The position numbers and the translations under genes were made by a program. Of a DNA stretch of 64,000 bases, positions 22,689 through 36,300 are shown piece after piece (positions within the stretch are counted from its first letter, which is position 1; every line of letters starts with the position of its first letter). Location: positions 7,688,001 to 7,752,000 of the forward strand of contig CATNEN010000038.1 of NCBI GenBank assembly GCA_950097015.1, in the 5' to 3' direction. The DNA is from Macrostomum hystrix (Eukaryota; Animalia; Platyhelminthes). Below the pieces are notes generated by a model. The model was not told the origin of the DNA and searched no databases. It was given only the letters and a program-made list of their open reading frames with translations.

Positions 22689-23505
22689 AGTTATTCTATT
22701 AACTTTTTATTTATACGCTCGTATTGCTAAGAGCAAAGTCAATGCTTTGTGAATGCGATTCCAGAGTCTGTCTATGGTCAAAGCTGACAATTCGGACTAT
22801 TGACTTTTGCCGATTAGTATAGCTAATTAATTAAGTATAGCCTCAGTTCACCCAGCTAGAAATTGATGCCAGTATTTGCTGTGGCGTCGCCCCTGTCTAT
22901 GGACCGAACAGCCGTACTCAGCCAACAGATGCACTTGTGGCTGCACCCATGGCTGGGGTGGGTGCATTCCGATTATACGATTACTCGCATTACTGGTAAA
23001 ATAAGCAAGATCACTCAATAAAAGAACTGAAGTTGAATGCTTCAGTGACCAATTCCGGCACCTCCTGCTCGATAATATTTTTAAACTACGACAACTCTGG
23101 CATTTACTCTGGCCCCTGTTATCAGGGCGCACAGTGGAATGGGTGCGGCATTGTGCATTATCTATAGTGTCTTAACCAACCAGAAAGCTGCAACTATTCG
23201 TTGATAAGGCTGTGAGGACAGACTCAGAAAGCTTTTTTCTCTGCTCCTGCCATTCTTCGCAAGTAGAAACGAGCCGTACACTAGCTCCTGCTTCGCTCTG
23301 CGCCTATTCTTATCTCTTAGCTGCTTTCGTGTTTGACTCTGTGTAGAAAATTGAATTACAACTGTCGGCTGCTCACAGCAAGCAACAGCAGGAAACCATT
23401 CTGCATGCATTCGATTGACTCAATCAGTATCTTCCCAGCTCACCTGCGGCACACAAGAATCAGCTATTCACTAGATTTCACTGCCGTTTGAGTCGAATCT
23501 CAGAC

Positions 23506-24072
23506 ATGGCAGCCGAGCAAGCGGAGGTGAAATGTGTCGCAGTTGGCGATGGCGCAGTCGGCAAGACCTGCATGCTGATGCGCTACACGCAGGACCGCTT
23601 CCCACAAGATTACATACCCACCGTGTTCGATGAGTGGGGCGCTGTGGTTGTTGTCGACGGCAAAGACTACCGCCTGCGGCTGTGCGACACTGCGGGCCAG
23701 GAGGCCTACGACCGGCTGCGCCCGTTGAGCTACCCGCAGACGAACGTCTTCCTGATTTGCTTTTCCGTGGTGGACCCCACTAGCCTTGACAATGTCCTAG
23801 AGAAGTGGTGCAAGGAGGTGAGGCACCACGCACCGCAGGCAGCGCTGATCCTGGTCGGCACCAAGATAGATCTTCGTGCGCCCGCCGGCAGTACGGAAGC
23901 GACCAAGCAGGTCTCTATAAAGCAGGCCAGGGCCGTTGCCAAGGAGATCAAGGCGGTGAAGTACATGGAGTGCTCGGCGCTGTCACGCAGTGGACTCAAA
24001 GATGTCTTTGATGAGGCGGTCAGAGTGGCAATTGGCGGCACAAAAGTGAGGAGAGGCTGCACCCTGCTCTGA
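23506..24072 (+). CDS. Rac/Cdc42-type Rho GTPase, divergent, intronless, 188 aa
   Basis: G1 GDGAVGKT, switch I YIPTVFD, G3 [17 protein letters not shown]4 TKID, G5 CSAL and CAAX box CTLL. Confidence 0.95.
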   Translation: MAAEQAEVKCVAVGDGAVGKTCMLMRYTQDRFPQDYIPTVFDEWGAVVVVDGKDYRLRLCDTAGQEAYDRLRPLSYPQTNVFLICFSVVDPTSLDNVLEKWCKEVRHHAPQAALILVGTKIDLRAPAGSTEATKQVSIKQARAVAKEIKAVKYMECSALSRSGLKDVFDEAVRVAIGGTKVRRGCTLL

Positions 24073-24874
24073 ATGATGTGCGTAAATGTAAAGCGATAAA
24101 AATTAAGCTGTTGTCAATCTATAGCTATTGGATCATTGTGTAGTTGTTGCAAATGCTTTACATCTGTGCTTGGACTGTTTTTAATTCTTTCTATAAATCA
24201 AAATTCAAGTTTAGTGTATATTTTCCAACTATAGCTGATTACTTTTCTGACTGAGCAGATAATGTTATAATTAGCTGAATAGAAATGTATACGTGGAGGG
24301 ATTAGGGGCACGATGGGGATTAGGTATTAGGTTTTGCAGTAGTGAAAATTTTAACAAACAAAAATCGAATTTTTGGATGTAGCCTTTAAAGGTAAGTTTT
24401 TTTGCTGACCAAGGTTTAATAACAAAAAACTTGTTTTTCTCAATTAAAGAAATGAGATAGCGTTTGAATATAATCTATAATATTAACATTCTCGCCGTGT
24501 CCTTAATTCTAGCGCATTAAAACCACCCGCTTCTTACTTAATTCAATCAATTGCGATTTGATTCAATCAGAATTAAAGTACGAAGACTACCTAGTTAGTC
24601 TGAACGTACTCCCGGCCTCAGACTAAGGAATATAATTATTAGTTGCGACAAGTTGCGCAAAAACATTTTTGTTTGAACGAATATTACTTTGAAGACGACG
24701 ACCGCGTTGCTACCGCAGATATTTTTATCTGTCTTTTGGGTGAATATTTTGGGGTCAAACAAGATAGTTGGCACGATTTTTAGCAATTCGATTTTGAATG
24801 TCTATCGCCACGAATTGTTAAATCTGTATTGCTTAGCTGGCCACCACTTTGGGCCATAGACATTTGGAGGCATC

Positions 24875-25280
24875 ATGACTGATGTAATGGTAGCAGTTGC
24901 AGTTCTACTGCTAGTAACGGCTCCCTCCTGATTGCGCACATGACCAAGAACTTCAGAAGGCAATTCAGATTATATCAGGACCATTAACAATGGACACTAT
25001 CTTCTGCTCATGCCGAAGTTTAAATAGGCCATCCATCATCCGATCAGCGATCTTTTTCGTATTTTCTGGTGTCGCTTCATCCGGCTGCAAATTCGACTCC
25101 GAGACTGACTTAACACCAACATAACATTTCAACTCGAAACCAAAACATCCGGCTGTTTGGCGCCTTCGGCCAACAGTTGAAGATTAACGAACAGTTCCAG
25201 GTATATACCAAACTCCAGCAAAGCTACGTCAGAGAAGTCGACACTAGAAACAATTTTCTTTGTTTGGCTCAAATTAGTTG
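24875..25280 (-). mobile_element. Decayed, internally deleted relic of the Crypton family found at 57-58.7 kb
   Basis: Collinear nucleotide similarity: 24926-24970 with 58195-58243 (tcctgattgcg...cttcagaag..aattcagat), 25036-25100 with 58349-58412 (atc.gatcagc..tctttt..gtattttctggt.tcgctt...tgcaaattc.actcc), and 25153-25186 with 58458-58497. Confidence 0.75.
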
Positions 25281-26879
25281 GTTGGTACGTCGCTAGATTT
25301 GCTTCGGAAAGACGCACTGAAGCGCCAGACAAACAGAGATATCGTTACGGATCGGAATTCGAGGATTACAGGTACATCGGCTACCTTGTGCTGAGCCCCG
25401 ACTTTCACCGCCCGCTCGACCCGATACCAACACTGATGGAAGCCATTATAATCAGCATTCTCGTCCTCAAGGACACATAAAACAGGAGCATCGACAGTTG
25501 CAGCATCTGCCTGGTGCAGCCTGACAATCGGAAACTGTATTTTAGCCAGTTAAATAAATATATGATATATCGAGTGAGACATTAGCAAGTAAGGAGACAG
25601 TACAGTACGCTACAACAGTTTACCATAAACCGCGCATAAACTAAAGCATATTTTTTAATCAAAATTGTAAATCTTTTATCGAATTTGCAAGCAGAAGACT
25701 CGCATAAATATGTAAATAAATAAACAAATAAGAACTAATAATCATTCGACTCGTAACATACTTTTGTATCATTAGCAAGCCGTTGATAGGATTAAAAATT
25801 GGGACTTAAGCGAAGCGGAAAACAGGACAGCAAGCCTAGCGAAAAGAGTTAAAGCGAGAACAGCTAAGATGCATAAAGTCTCACAGGCGGTGATAAGCGC
25901 GCAACAGTTATCTGGATAAGTCAGCAGGCAATCATAGTCAAAAAGATGTCACAATCAGCACAGAATGCGCACTGTATGCTACTCAATACACGGAGGGGCT
26001 CAGTAGTATATTGGGAGATAAAAAACAATGGCAATAATTAAAAATATTGTGCAATTAACAATGTAATTCAACCATGCAGCTATCGGCTGTCCCATTTAAA
26101 AAGCTATTCGATACAATCCAACTGTACAAAACGCAGCTTTTACTTTTGAAGATTTACATCAATTTACACCAATTCGCTGACCGTTCAGGTGCTGTACACA
26201 CAAATAATTGAACTGATAATATATGAATGCCACTGAATTGAAAAAATTTTCGAAGTCAAAACTCTGGATATAAAATAAGCCAAAATTATCCGCCGATAGA
26301 ACAACACATACTAGTAACAGTAGTTTAGCAAAAATATAAAACAGAATAATATCCTGTCGGAAGATAATGTCTATGGCTAAAACTCTTAGTCAAATTAATG
26401 GTTTTACAGTCGATATAGGCAGGTAAAAAGACCATTATTAGTTGCTAAAAAAGCAGAAAAAAGCATTGCAAACGCGCACGCAAACAGAAGGATTAAAAGT
26501 GCAAGTGATTAAAAACAAAATCGAATAAACAATGCTCATAAACTTCAAAAGCGAAACAGTATTACAAAAGTACAACTCACTAGTGGATAGAACGATAGAC
26601 TTAACGGGGCACACTAAGAGGGATAGTAGTATAATAATCATTAAAGTAGTAGCATAATATGCATTTTATTCATAAAACATTCAATTAGAAAGAAAACAGA
26701 AAAGCTGACCCACTGGCTTTACACTCTACCTGATAATTTCCTGTGACAGCTACCTTCAGCGTCCGGACAACGAGGGACAACTGGAATTCCAGAGCGGTCG
26801 GTTAGATGCGGGATCGACGGGGATATGGGATCTTTGGGAATGAAGGACTGACGAGATTGACGGGATTTGGGATAGACGA

Positions 26880-27275
26880 AATTTGGAATCGATGGGATTC
26901 GAGGTCGATATGATTTGAGGTCGGTGGGATTTGAGGTCGATAGGATTTAAGGTCGATAGGATTAAAGGTCAATAGGATTTTAGGTCGATATGATTTAAGG
27001 TCGATATGATTTGAGGTCGATGGGATTTAAGGTCGATGAGATTTGAGGTCGATGGGATTTAAGGTCGATGGGATTTGAGGTCGATAGGATTTAAGGCAAA
27101 TGGGATTTAAGGTAGATGGGATTTGAGGTCGATGGGATTTAAGTTTGATGAGATTTGAGGTCAATTGGATTTGAGGTCGATGGGATTTGAGGTCGATGGG
27201 ATTTGAGGTCGATGGGATTTGAGGTCGATGGGATTTGAGGTCGATGGGATTTGAGGTCGATGGGATTTGAGGTGG
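26880..27275. repeat. 16-bp minisatellite (gatgggatttgaggtc)n in the probable Pumilio 3' UTR
   Basis: Tandem units that become more degenerate leftwards to ~26810. Confidence 0.92.
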
Positions 27276-27366
27276 ATATGATGATAAAATGTTAGTAAGC
27301 TGATGCGTGACTAGGATGTCATGGGAGAAGGAAATCGAATCAAATGAGCGCAGGGCCAGAAGGAGC

Positions 27367-30300
27367 TCACGCGCTGCCGCCATTGTTCTCCAAGCTATTG
27401 TTGTTACTCGCGCCGTTATTAGAATTGTCATTGTTGCCGTTCGTATTCTGCTGGCTGAGGCTTGTCGAATTAAGCGACTGCCGGCTGCCTGAGCTGGGCG
27501 GGCTGTCAGCGCCGCTGCCGCCGAACTCGGAGCCGCTGCCGCCGCCGCCAGTCTTCATAAAGTACTTCTCCATCTTGCTGATGATGTGCTTGCCGTAAGT
27601 GAACTTTCTCAGGCCGTTGATGTGCGGCCGAATCCGGTGCATCAACAGCTTGCGCTGGTTGGCGTCAGCCACGTCAATGATGCGCTGGATGACATAGTTT
27701 GCGAACTGGTCCTTCATCATATTGTACAGAGTCTGCTGGTCAGGGTCGTCAAGGATTTCGGCCACAATGGCCTGGCGCTCCTGCCGGCTGGAGTGGGTGA
27801 CCAGCTTCTCGACAACATTGCTGGCGAACTTGTGAGTGGACAGGGCTATCACCTTGCCGCGGAGGACGGAGATGATGCGGCTTTTGTCCTCCGGCTTGCC
27901 GTGCTCCAGCACGTGCTGCGGGCGGCCGGGGGGGAATTTGAGGGTCTGGGCTTCTAGGAATGAGACTAGAAATATCATACTAATATCATCAGCTTATGCC
28001 TTAATTTGGTCATGTGTGCAGCCGACAGCACAGCTGCAGCTGAAATCTAAAGCTACCGGCTGTTCAGTCCATGGACTGGGGAGGGACGGTACACCCTGAA
28101 TTACCCCAGCTAATGCTGACACCCAATTTACATCTGGGAAAGTACCTTGCCCAAGGTATATAATTCGAGTAATTTATTTTTTACATTATTTTTAGAACAT
28201 TATTAGAAATCTCACCGCTATCGCATGGAATCATCAAAGTCTCACCTGGATCACATAGTTGCCGTACTGATCCTGAACCAGACGTTCAGTGTTCTGATGC
28301 AGCTCTTCTAACACTGGCTGAGTTTGAGAGGCTGAGCAGTGCTCTAAGATTCGCTGAATCACCCGACAGCCATAGGGGTGCGTTGACAGGGCGAAGATCT
28401 GCGAATATTGGCGGCGATTTGAGGCTGTTCTAATCCTTATAAAATTCCGAACTAAATTCTACTCAAAGCCCAATCTGAATTCTACTCAAGCCCAATCTGA
28501 ATTCTACTCAAGCCCAATCTGAATTCTACTCAAAGCCCAATCTAAATTCTACTCAAAGCCCAATCTAAATTCTACTCAAAGCCCAATCTAAATTCTACTC
28601 AAAGCCCAATCTAAATTCTACTCAAAGTCCAATCTAAATTCTACTCAAAGCCCAATCTAAATTCTACTCAAAGCCCAATCTGAATTCTACTCAAAGCCCA
28701 ATCTAAATTCTACTCAAAGCCCAATCTAAATTCTACTCAAAGCCCAATCTAAATTCTACTCAAAGCCCAATCTAAATTCTACTCAAAACCCCATAAAAAA
28801 TTCTACTCAAAGCCCAATCTAAATTCTACTCAAAGCCCAATCTAAATTCTACTCAAAGCCCAATCTAAATTCTACTCAAAGCCCAATCTGAATTCTACTC
28901 AAAGCCCAATCTAAATTCTACTCAAAGCCCAATCTAAATTCTACTCAAAGCCCAATCTAAATTCTACTCAAAGCCCAATCTAAATTCTACTCAAAGCCCA
29001 ATCTAAATTCTACTCAAAGCCCAATCTAAATTCTACTCAAAACCCCATAAAAAACTCTACTCAAAGCCCAATCTAAATTCTACTCAAAGCCCAATCTAAA
29101 TTCTACTCAAAGCCCAATCTAAATTCTACTCAAAGCCCAATCTAAATTCTACTCAAAGCCCAATCTGAATTCTACTCAAAGCCCAATCTAAATTCTACTC
29201 AAAGCCCAATCTAAATTCTACTCAAAGCCCAATCTAAATTCTACTCAAAGCCCAATCTAAATTCTACTCAAAGCCCAATCTAAATTCTACTCAAAGCCCA
29301 ATCTAAATTCTACTCAAAGCCCAATCTAAATTCTATTCAAAGCCCAATCTAAATTCTACTCAAAGCCCAATCTAAATTCTACTCAAAGCCCAATCTAAAT
29401 TCTACTCAAAGCCCTATCTAAATTCTACTCAAAGCCCAATCTAAATTCTACTCAAAGCCCAATATAAATTCTACTCAAAGCCCAATCTAAATTCTACTCA
29501 AAGCCCAATCTAAATTCTACTCAAAGCCCAATCTAAATTCTACTCAAAGCCCAATCTAAATTCTACTCAAAACCCCATAAAAAATTCTACTCAAAGCCCA
29601 ATCTAAATTCTACTCAAAGCCCAATCTAAATTCTACTCAAAGCCCAATCTAAATTCTACTCAAAGCCCAATCTAAATTCTACTCAAAACCCAATCTGAAT
29701 TCTATTCAAAGCCCAATCTAAATTCTACTCAAAGCCCAATCTAAATTCTACTCAAAGCCCAATCTAAATTCTACTCAAAGTCCAATCTAAATTCTACTCA
29801 AAGTCCAATCTAAATTCTACTCAAAGCCCAATCTAAATTCTACTCAAAGCCCAATCTGAATTCTACTCAAAGCCCAATCTAAATTCTACTCAAAGCCCAA
29901 TCTAAATTCTACTCAAAGCCCAATCTAAATTCTACTCAAAGCCCAATCTAAATTCTACTCAAAGCCCAATCTAAATTCTACTCAAAGCCCAATCTAAATT
30001 CTACTCAAAGCCCAATCTAAATTCCACTCAAAGCCTAGTCTAAATTCTACTCAAAGCCCAATCTAAATTCTACTCAAAGCCCAATCTAAATTCTACTCAA
30101 AACCCCATAAAAAATTCTACTCAAAGCCCAATCTAAATTCTACTCAAAGCCCAATCTAAATTCTACTCAAAGCCCAATCTAAATTCTACTCAAAGCCCAA
30201 TCTGAATTCTACTCAAAGCCCAATCTAAATTCTACTCAAAGCCCAATCTAAATTCTACTCAAAGCCCAATCTAAATTCTACTCAAAGCCCAATCTAAATT

Positions 30301-33300
30301 CTACTCAAAGCCCAATCTAAATTCTACTCAAAGCCCAATCTAAATTCTACTCAAAGCCCAATCTAAATTCTACTCAAAACCCCATAAAAAATTCTACTCA
30401 AAGCCCAATCTAAATTCTACTCAAAACCCCATAAAAAATTCTACTCAAAGCCCAATCTAAATTCTACTCAAAGCCCAATCTGAATTCTACTCAAAGCCCA
30501 ATCTGAATTCTACTCAAAGCCCAATCTAAATTCTACTCAAATCCCAATCTAAATTCTACTCAAAGCCCAATCTAAATTCTACTCAAAGTCCAATCTAAAT
30601 TCTACTCAAAGCCCAATCTAAATTCTACTCAAAGTCCAATCTAAATTCTACTCAAAGTCCAATCTAAATTCTACTCAAAGCCCAATCTAAATTCTACTCA
30701 AAGCCCAATCTGAATTCTACTCAAAGCCCAATCTAAATTCTACTCAAAGCCCAATCTAAATTCTACTCAAAGCCCAATCTAAATTCTACTCAAAGCCCAA
30801 TCTAAATTCTACTCAAAGCCCAATCTAAATTCTACTCAAAGCCCAATCTGAATTCTACTCAAAGCCCAATCTGAATTCTACTCAAAGCCCAATCTAAATT
30901 CTACTCAAAGCCCAATCTAAATTCTACTCAAAGCCCAATCTAAATTCTACTCAAAGCCCAATCTAAATTCTACTCAAAGCCCAATCTAAATTCTACTCAA
31001 AGCCCAATCTAAATTCTACTCAAAGCCCAATCTAAATTCTACTCAAAGCCCAATCTAAATTCTACTCAAAGCCCAATCTAAATTCTACTCAAAGCCCAAT
31101 CTAAATTCTACTCAAAGCCCAATCTAAATTCTACTCAAAGCCCAATCTAAATTCTATTCAAAGCCCAATCTAAATTCTACTCAAAGCCCAATCTAAATTC
31201 TACTCAAAGCCCAATCTAAATTCTACTCAAAGTCCAATCTAAATTCTACTCAAAGTCCAATCTAAATTCTACTCAAAGCCCAATCTAAATTCTACTCAAA
31301 GCCCAATCTGAATTCTACTCAAAGCCCAATCTAAATTCTACTCAAAGCCCAATCTAAATTCTACTCAAAGCCCAATCTAAATTCTACTCAAAGCCCAATC
31401 TAAATTCTACTCAAAGCCCAATCTAAATTCTACTCAAAGCCCAATCTAAATTCTACTCAAAGCCCAATCTAAATTCTACTCAAAGCCCAATCTAAATTCT
31501 ACTCAAAGCCCAATCTAAATTCTACTCAAAGCCCAATCTGAATTCTACTCAAAGCCCAATCTGAATTCTACTCAAAGCCCAATCTAAATTCTACTCAAAA
31601 CCCCATAAAAAATTCTACTCAAAGCCCAATCTAAATTCTACTCAAAGCCCAATCTAAATTCTACTCAAAGCCCAATCTAAATTCTACTCAAAGCCCAATC
31701 TGAATTCTACTCAAAGCCCAATCTGAATTCTACTCAAAGTCCAATCTAAATTCTACTCAAAGCCCAATCTAAATTCTATTCAAAGCCCAATCTAAATTCT
31801 ACTCAAAGCCCAATCTAAATTCTACTCAAAGCCCAATCTAAATTCTACTCAAAGCCCAATCTAAATTCTACTCAAAGCCCAATCTAAATTCTACTCAAAG
31901 CCCAATCTAAATTCTACTCAAAGCCCAATCTAAATTCTACTCAAAGTCCAATCTAAATTCTACTCAAAGCCCAATCTAAATTCTATTCAAAGCCCAATCT
32001 AAATTCTACTCAAAGCCCAATCTAAATTCTACTCAAAGCCCAATCTAAATTCTACTCAAAGCCCAATCTAAATTCTACTCAAAGCCCAATCTAAATTCTA
32101 CTCAAAGCCCAATCTAAATTCTATTCAAAGCCCAATCTAAATTCTACTCAAAGCCCAATCTAAATTCTACTCAAAGCCCAATCTAAATTCTACTCAAAGC
32201 CCAATCTAAATTCTACTCAAAGCCCAATCTAAATTCTATTCAAAGCCCAATCTAAATTCTACTCAAAGCCCAATCTAAATTCTACTCAAAGCCCAATCTA
32301 AATTCTACTCAAAGTCCAATCTAAATTCTACTCAAAGTCCAATCTAAATTCTACTCAAAGTCCAATCTAAATTCTACTCAAAGTCCAATCTAAATTCTAC
32401 TCAAAGCCCAATCTAAATTCTATTCAAAGCCCAATCTAAATTCTACTCAAAGCCCAATCTAAATTCTACTCAAAGCCCAATCTAAATTCTACTCAAAGCC
32501 CAATCTGAATTCTACTCAAAGCCCAATCTAAATTCTACTCAAAGCCCAATCTAAATTCTACTCAAAGCCCAATCTAAATTCTACTCAAAGCCCAATCTGA
32601 ATTCTACTCAAAGCCCAATCTAAATTCTACTCAAAGCCCAATCTAAATTCTATTCAAAGCCCAATCTAAATTCTACTCAAAGCCCAATCTAAATTATACT
32701 CAAAGCCCAATCTAAATTCTACTCAAAGTCCAATCTAAATTCTACTCAAAGCCCAATCTAAATTCTACTCAAAGCCCAATCTAAATTCTACTCAAAGCCC
32801 AATCTAAATTCTACTCAAAGCCCTATCTGAATTCTACTCAAAGTCCAATCTAAATTCTACTCAAAGCCCAATCTAAATTCTACTCAAAGCCCAATCTGAA
32901 TTCTACTCAAAGCCCAATCTAAATTCTACTCAAAGCCCAATCTAAATTCTATTCAAAGCCCAATCTAAATTCTACTCAAAGCCCAATCTAAATTCTACTC
33001 AAAGCCCAATCTAAATTCTACTCAAAGCCCAATCTAAATTCTACTCAAAGTCCAATCTAAATTCTACTCAAAGCCCAATCTAAATTCTACTCAAAGCCCA
33101 ATCTGAATTCTACTCAAAGCCCAATCTAAATTCTACTCAAAGCCCAATCTAAATTCTACTCAAAGCCCAATCTAAATTCTACTCAAAGCCCAATCTGAAT
33201 TCTACTCAAAGCCCAATCTAAATTCTACTCAAAGCCCAATCTAAATTCTACTCAAAGCCCAATCTAAATTCTACTCAAAGCCCAATCTGAATTCTACTCA

Positions 33301-36300
33301 AAGCCCAATCTAAATTCTACTCAAAGCCCAATCTAAATTCTATTCAAAGCCCAATCTAAATTCTACTCAAAGCCCAATCTAAATTCTACTCAAAGCCCAA
33401 TCTGAATTCTACTCAAAGCCCAATCTGAATTCTACTCAAAGCCCAATCTAAATTCTACTCAAAGCCCAATCTAAATTCTACTCAAAGCCCAATCTAAATT
33501 CTACTCAAAGTCCAATCTAAATTCTACTCAAAGCCCAATCTAAATTCTACTCAAAGCCCAATCTGAATTCTACTCAAAGCCCAATCTAAATTCTACTCAA
33601 AGCCCAATCTAAATTCTACTCAAAGCCCAATCTAAATTCTACTCAAAGCCCAATCTAAATTCTATTCAAAGCCCAATCTGAATTCTACTCAAAGCCCAAT
33701 CTGAATTCTACTCAAAGCCCAATCTAAATTCTACTCAAAGCCCAATCTAAATTCTACTCAAAGCCCAATCTAAATTCTACTCAAAGCCCAATCTGAATTC
33801 TACTCAAAGCCCAATCTAAATTCTACTCAAAGCCCAATCTGAATTCTACTCAAAGCCCAATCTAAATTCTACTCAAAGCCCAATCTAAATTCTACTCAAA
33901 GCCCAATCTAAATTCTACTCAAAGCCCAATCTGAATTCTACTCAAAGCCCAATCTAAATTCTACTCAAAGCCCAATCTAAATTCTACTCAAAGCCCAATC
34001 TAAATTCTACTCAAAGCCCAATCTAAATTCTACTCAAAGCCCAATCTGAATTCTACTCAAAGCCCAATCTAAATTCTACTCAAAGCCCAATCTAAATTCT
34101 ATTCAAAGCCCAATCTAAATTCTACTCAAAGCCCAATCTAAATTCTACTCAAAGCCCAATCTGAATTCTACTCAAAGCCCAATCTAAATTCTACTCAAAG
34201 CCCAATCTAAATTCTACTCAAAGCCCAATCTAAATTCTACTCAAAGCCCAATCTAAATTCTACTCAAAGCCCAATCTAAATTCTACTCAAAGCCCAATCT
34301 AAATTCTATTCAAAGCCCAATCTAAATTCTATTCAAACTCCAATTTCAATTGAAATCTAAATTTCAATTCCGAATTCCATCTTTGAATTAAAGTCAATTC
34401 ACAGCCAGAGAGCAAATTTTAATTACTTGGCCTTTGAAGGCGTCCACAATGAAATCCAGGTGTGCTGGATCGACGCATTCGATGCACTTTTGCACTACGT
34501 GATTGCCGTTTTGATCCTTGACGCACTTCAGCACGTGACCCTGCGATTTAAAAACGGTTTGCGCTACCATTAGCTTACTATTTAGACTCGAGACTAAAAC
34601 AAGCATCATTCGACGACAGCCGACTCGCAGCCAGAAAGAAGGCAGTCCAGCCCATTCCGCTGACTCCTGAGCACACATTGTACGTCATGCATGTATTCAC
34701 AGGCAGTGAACACTCTTATCGTGTTTTGTGCGCTTAACCTTTGAGATTTCTCTCGTGGTCTATTCTCGAAATTCACCAAGTATTCAAGCTCAGTAGCGGG
34801 GGGTCAGTGGCGGAGCGATTAACGCGGTTGCCTCTCACACCAAGGTTCCTGAGTTCGATTAGAAGCCACATTTATTTGGGGCGCAGCCGCGTAGAGTACT
34901 TGTGTCTTGTGCAATTTACGCCTTTAAGAGCCAGACTCCAATGCACAGTGAGAGTGTACAATTTCTGACGATGAGAAAGTCAGGGAGATGTACACACCTG
35001 TGTGAGTGTGTGCCTGCGTACCGTATCTGTGCGTGCGTGTCTGCTCAGGAGTCAGCGAAATGGGCAGAATTGCCTCCTCGTTGGTTGCAGGTCTACTGAT
35101 ACCAAATGATGTGCTATTGCCCCGCAGCCCTCCTGCAATTATTTTTATTCTTCTTAAGCTCAGGAGCTTTGGTGCGAGAGTCCACCACTTAACCCCCCAC
35201 CTGTATTAACAAGATCCAAACAGCACACAGATTAAGCCAGAGCACAGAGAAGCACTGCAGAATTAGTACCTGAAGTTCGCGAACAATCTCCACCTGCTGC
35301 TCGGTGGGCACGGACTCAAGAGCCTTTTGAATAACCCGGCAGCCGTACATCTGCATCGCCAGGGACAGCACCTGGCCACGTATTCGCTGAGCCAGAATCT
35401 GCTTCTGCTCAGGAGTGCCGAACTCGAAGAATTTCTGTATGACATAGTTGCCAAATACGTCAGTCATGAGGCCGAAGGATGACTGTAGAATCTCGCTGAA
35501 CACCTGCGTCTTATCCGGCGGGCTGGCCGTCTCCAGCTTCTGCTGAATGAACCGCGATCCGTGCTGATCCTGCGCAAATTCCACTACATGCCCGGCCAGG
35601 TCTTTCAGGCTGAGACTCGGCACCCGATTCTGTCTGAAGTCTTCCAACAGGCGCGAACGTCCGGCAACGTCGCTGGAGATACCGACGCTACTTAAGCCGC
35701 GCATGTGATGCACGGGCTGCAGCTGATGATGCTGATGATGCTGTAGGTGATGCTGCTGATGAGACTGGTGACCCGGTTGATGCGGAGCCTGATATTGCTG
35801 GGGCTGCTGCTGTGGGTGATGCTGATGATGCTGGGAGTGCTGAGGCGGAGGCGCGAAGAAGCCTCCTTGATGATGCTGCTGATCCATGCGCGCCATTGCA
35901 AGGTAAGGAGCGGCTGCAGCACCGGCTGGAGGTGTCTGCTGCTGCTGCTGGAGAAGAGACGGATGCGCTGGAGGCGAAGCCGCGCCAAATAGTGCCAGGT
36001 CGGGCGTGGGGGCTTTGAATGGTGTGGACTGACGCTGCTGCTGCTGTGGCATAAGCATCGATGGCGGATATTGGAAGCCGTAGAACTGCGCCGCTTGAAG
36101 AATGCTAGCCCCGCTGCCGCCGCTGCCGCCACTGCCGAATGGACCAGAATAAGCAGCGATCGCCGGATCCTGATGATGCGGCGGGGTGGGCGGCGGAGTT
36201 TGCGCTCCGAATGGTCCGAACAGATTTCCCGTTGCATGCTGCTGCTGCTGCTGCTGTTGGATATGTAGTGGTGGTGGAGGCTGATGAAGATGATGAAGCA

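Noticed and set aside
26150-26170. Pumilio autoregulatory elements in its own 3' UTR
   Set aside because: Only near-matches (TGTAAATT, TGTAAATC) were seen on the sense strand, not TGTAHATA, and the UTR extent is unknown.
35060-35135. HDV-like ribozyme in the SINE A 3' part (gcctcctcg.tgg)
   Set aside because: It resembles HDV P3/L3, but I could not find P1 or P2 partners; the downstream strand pairs in a local hairpin instead.
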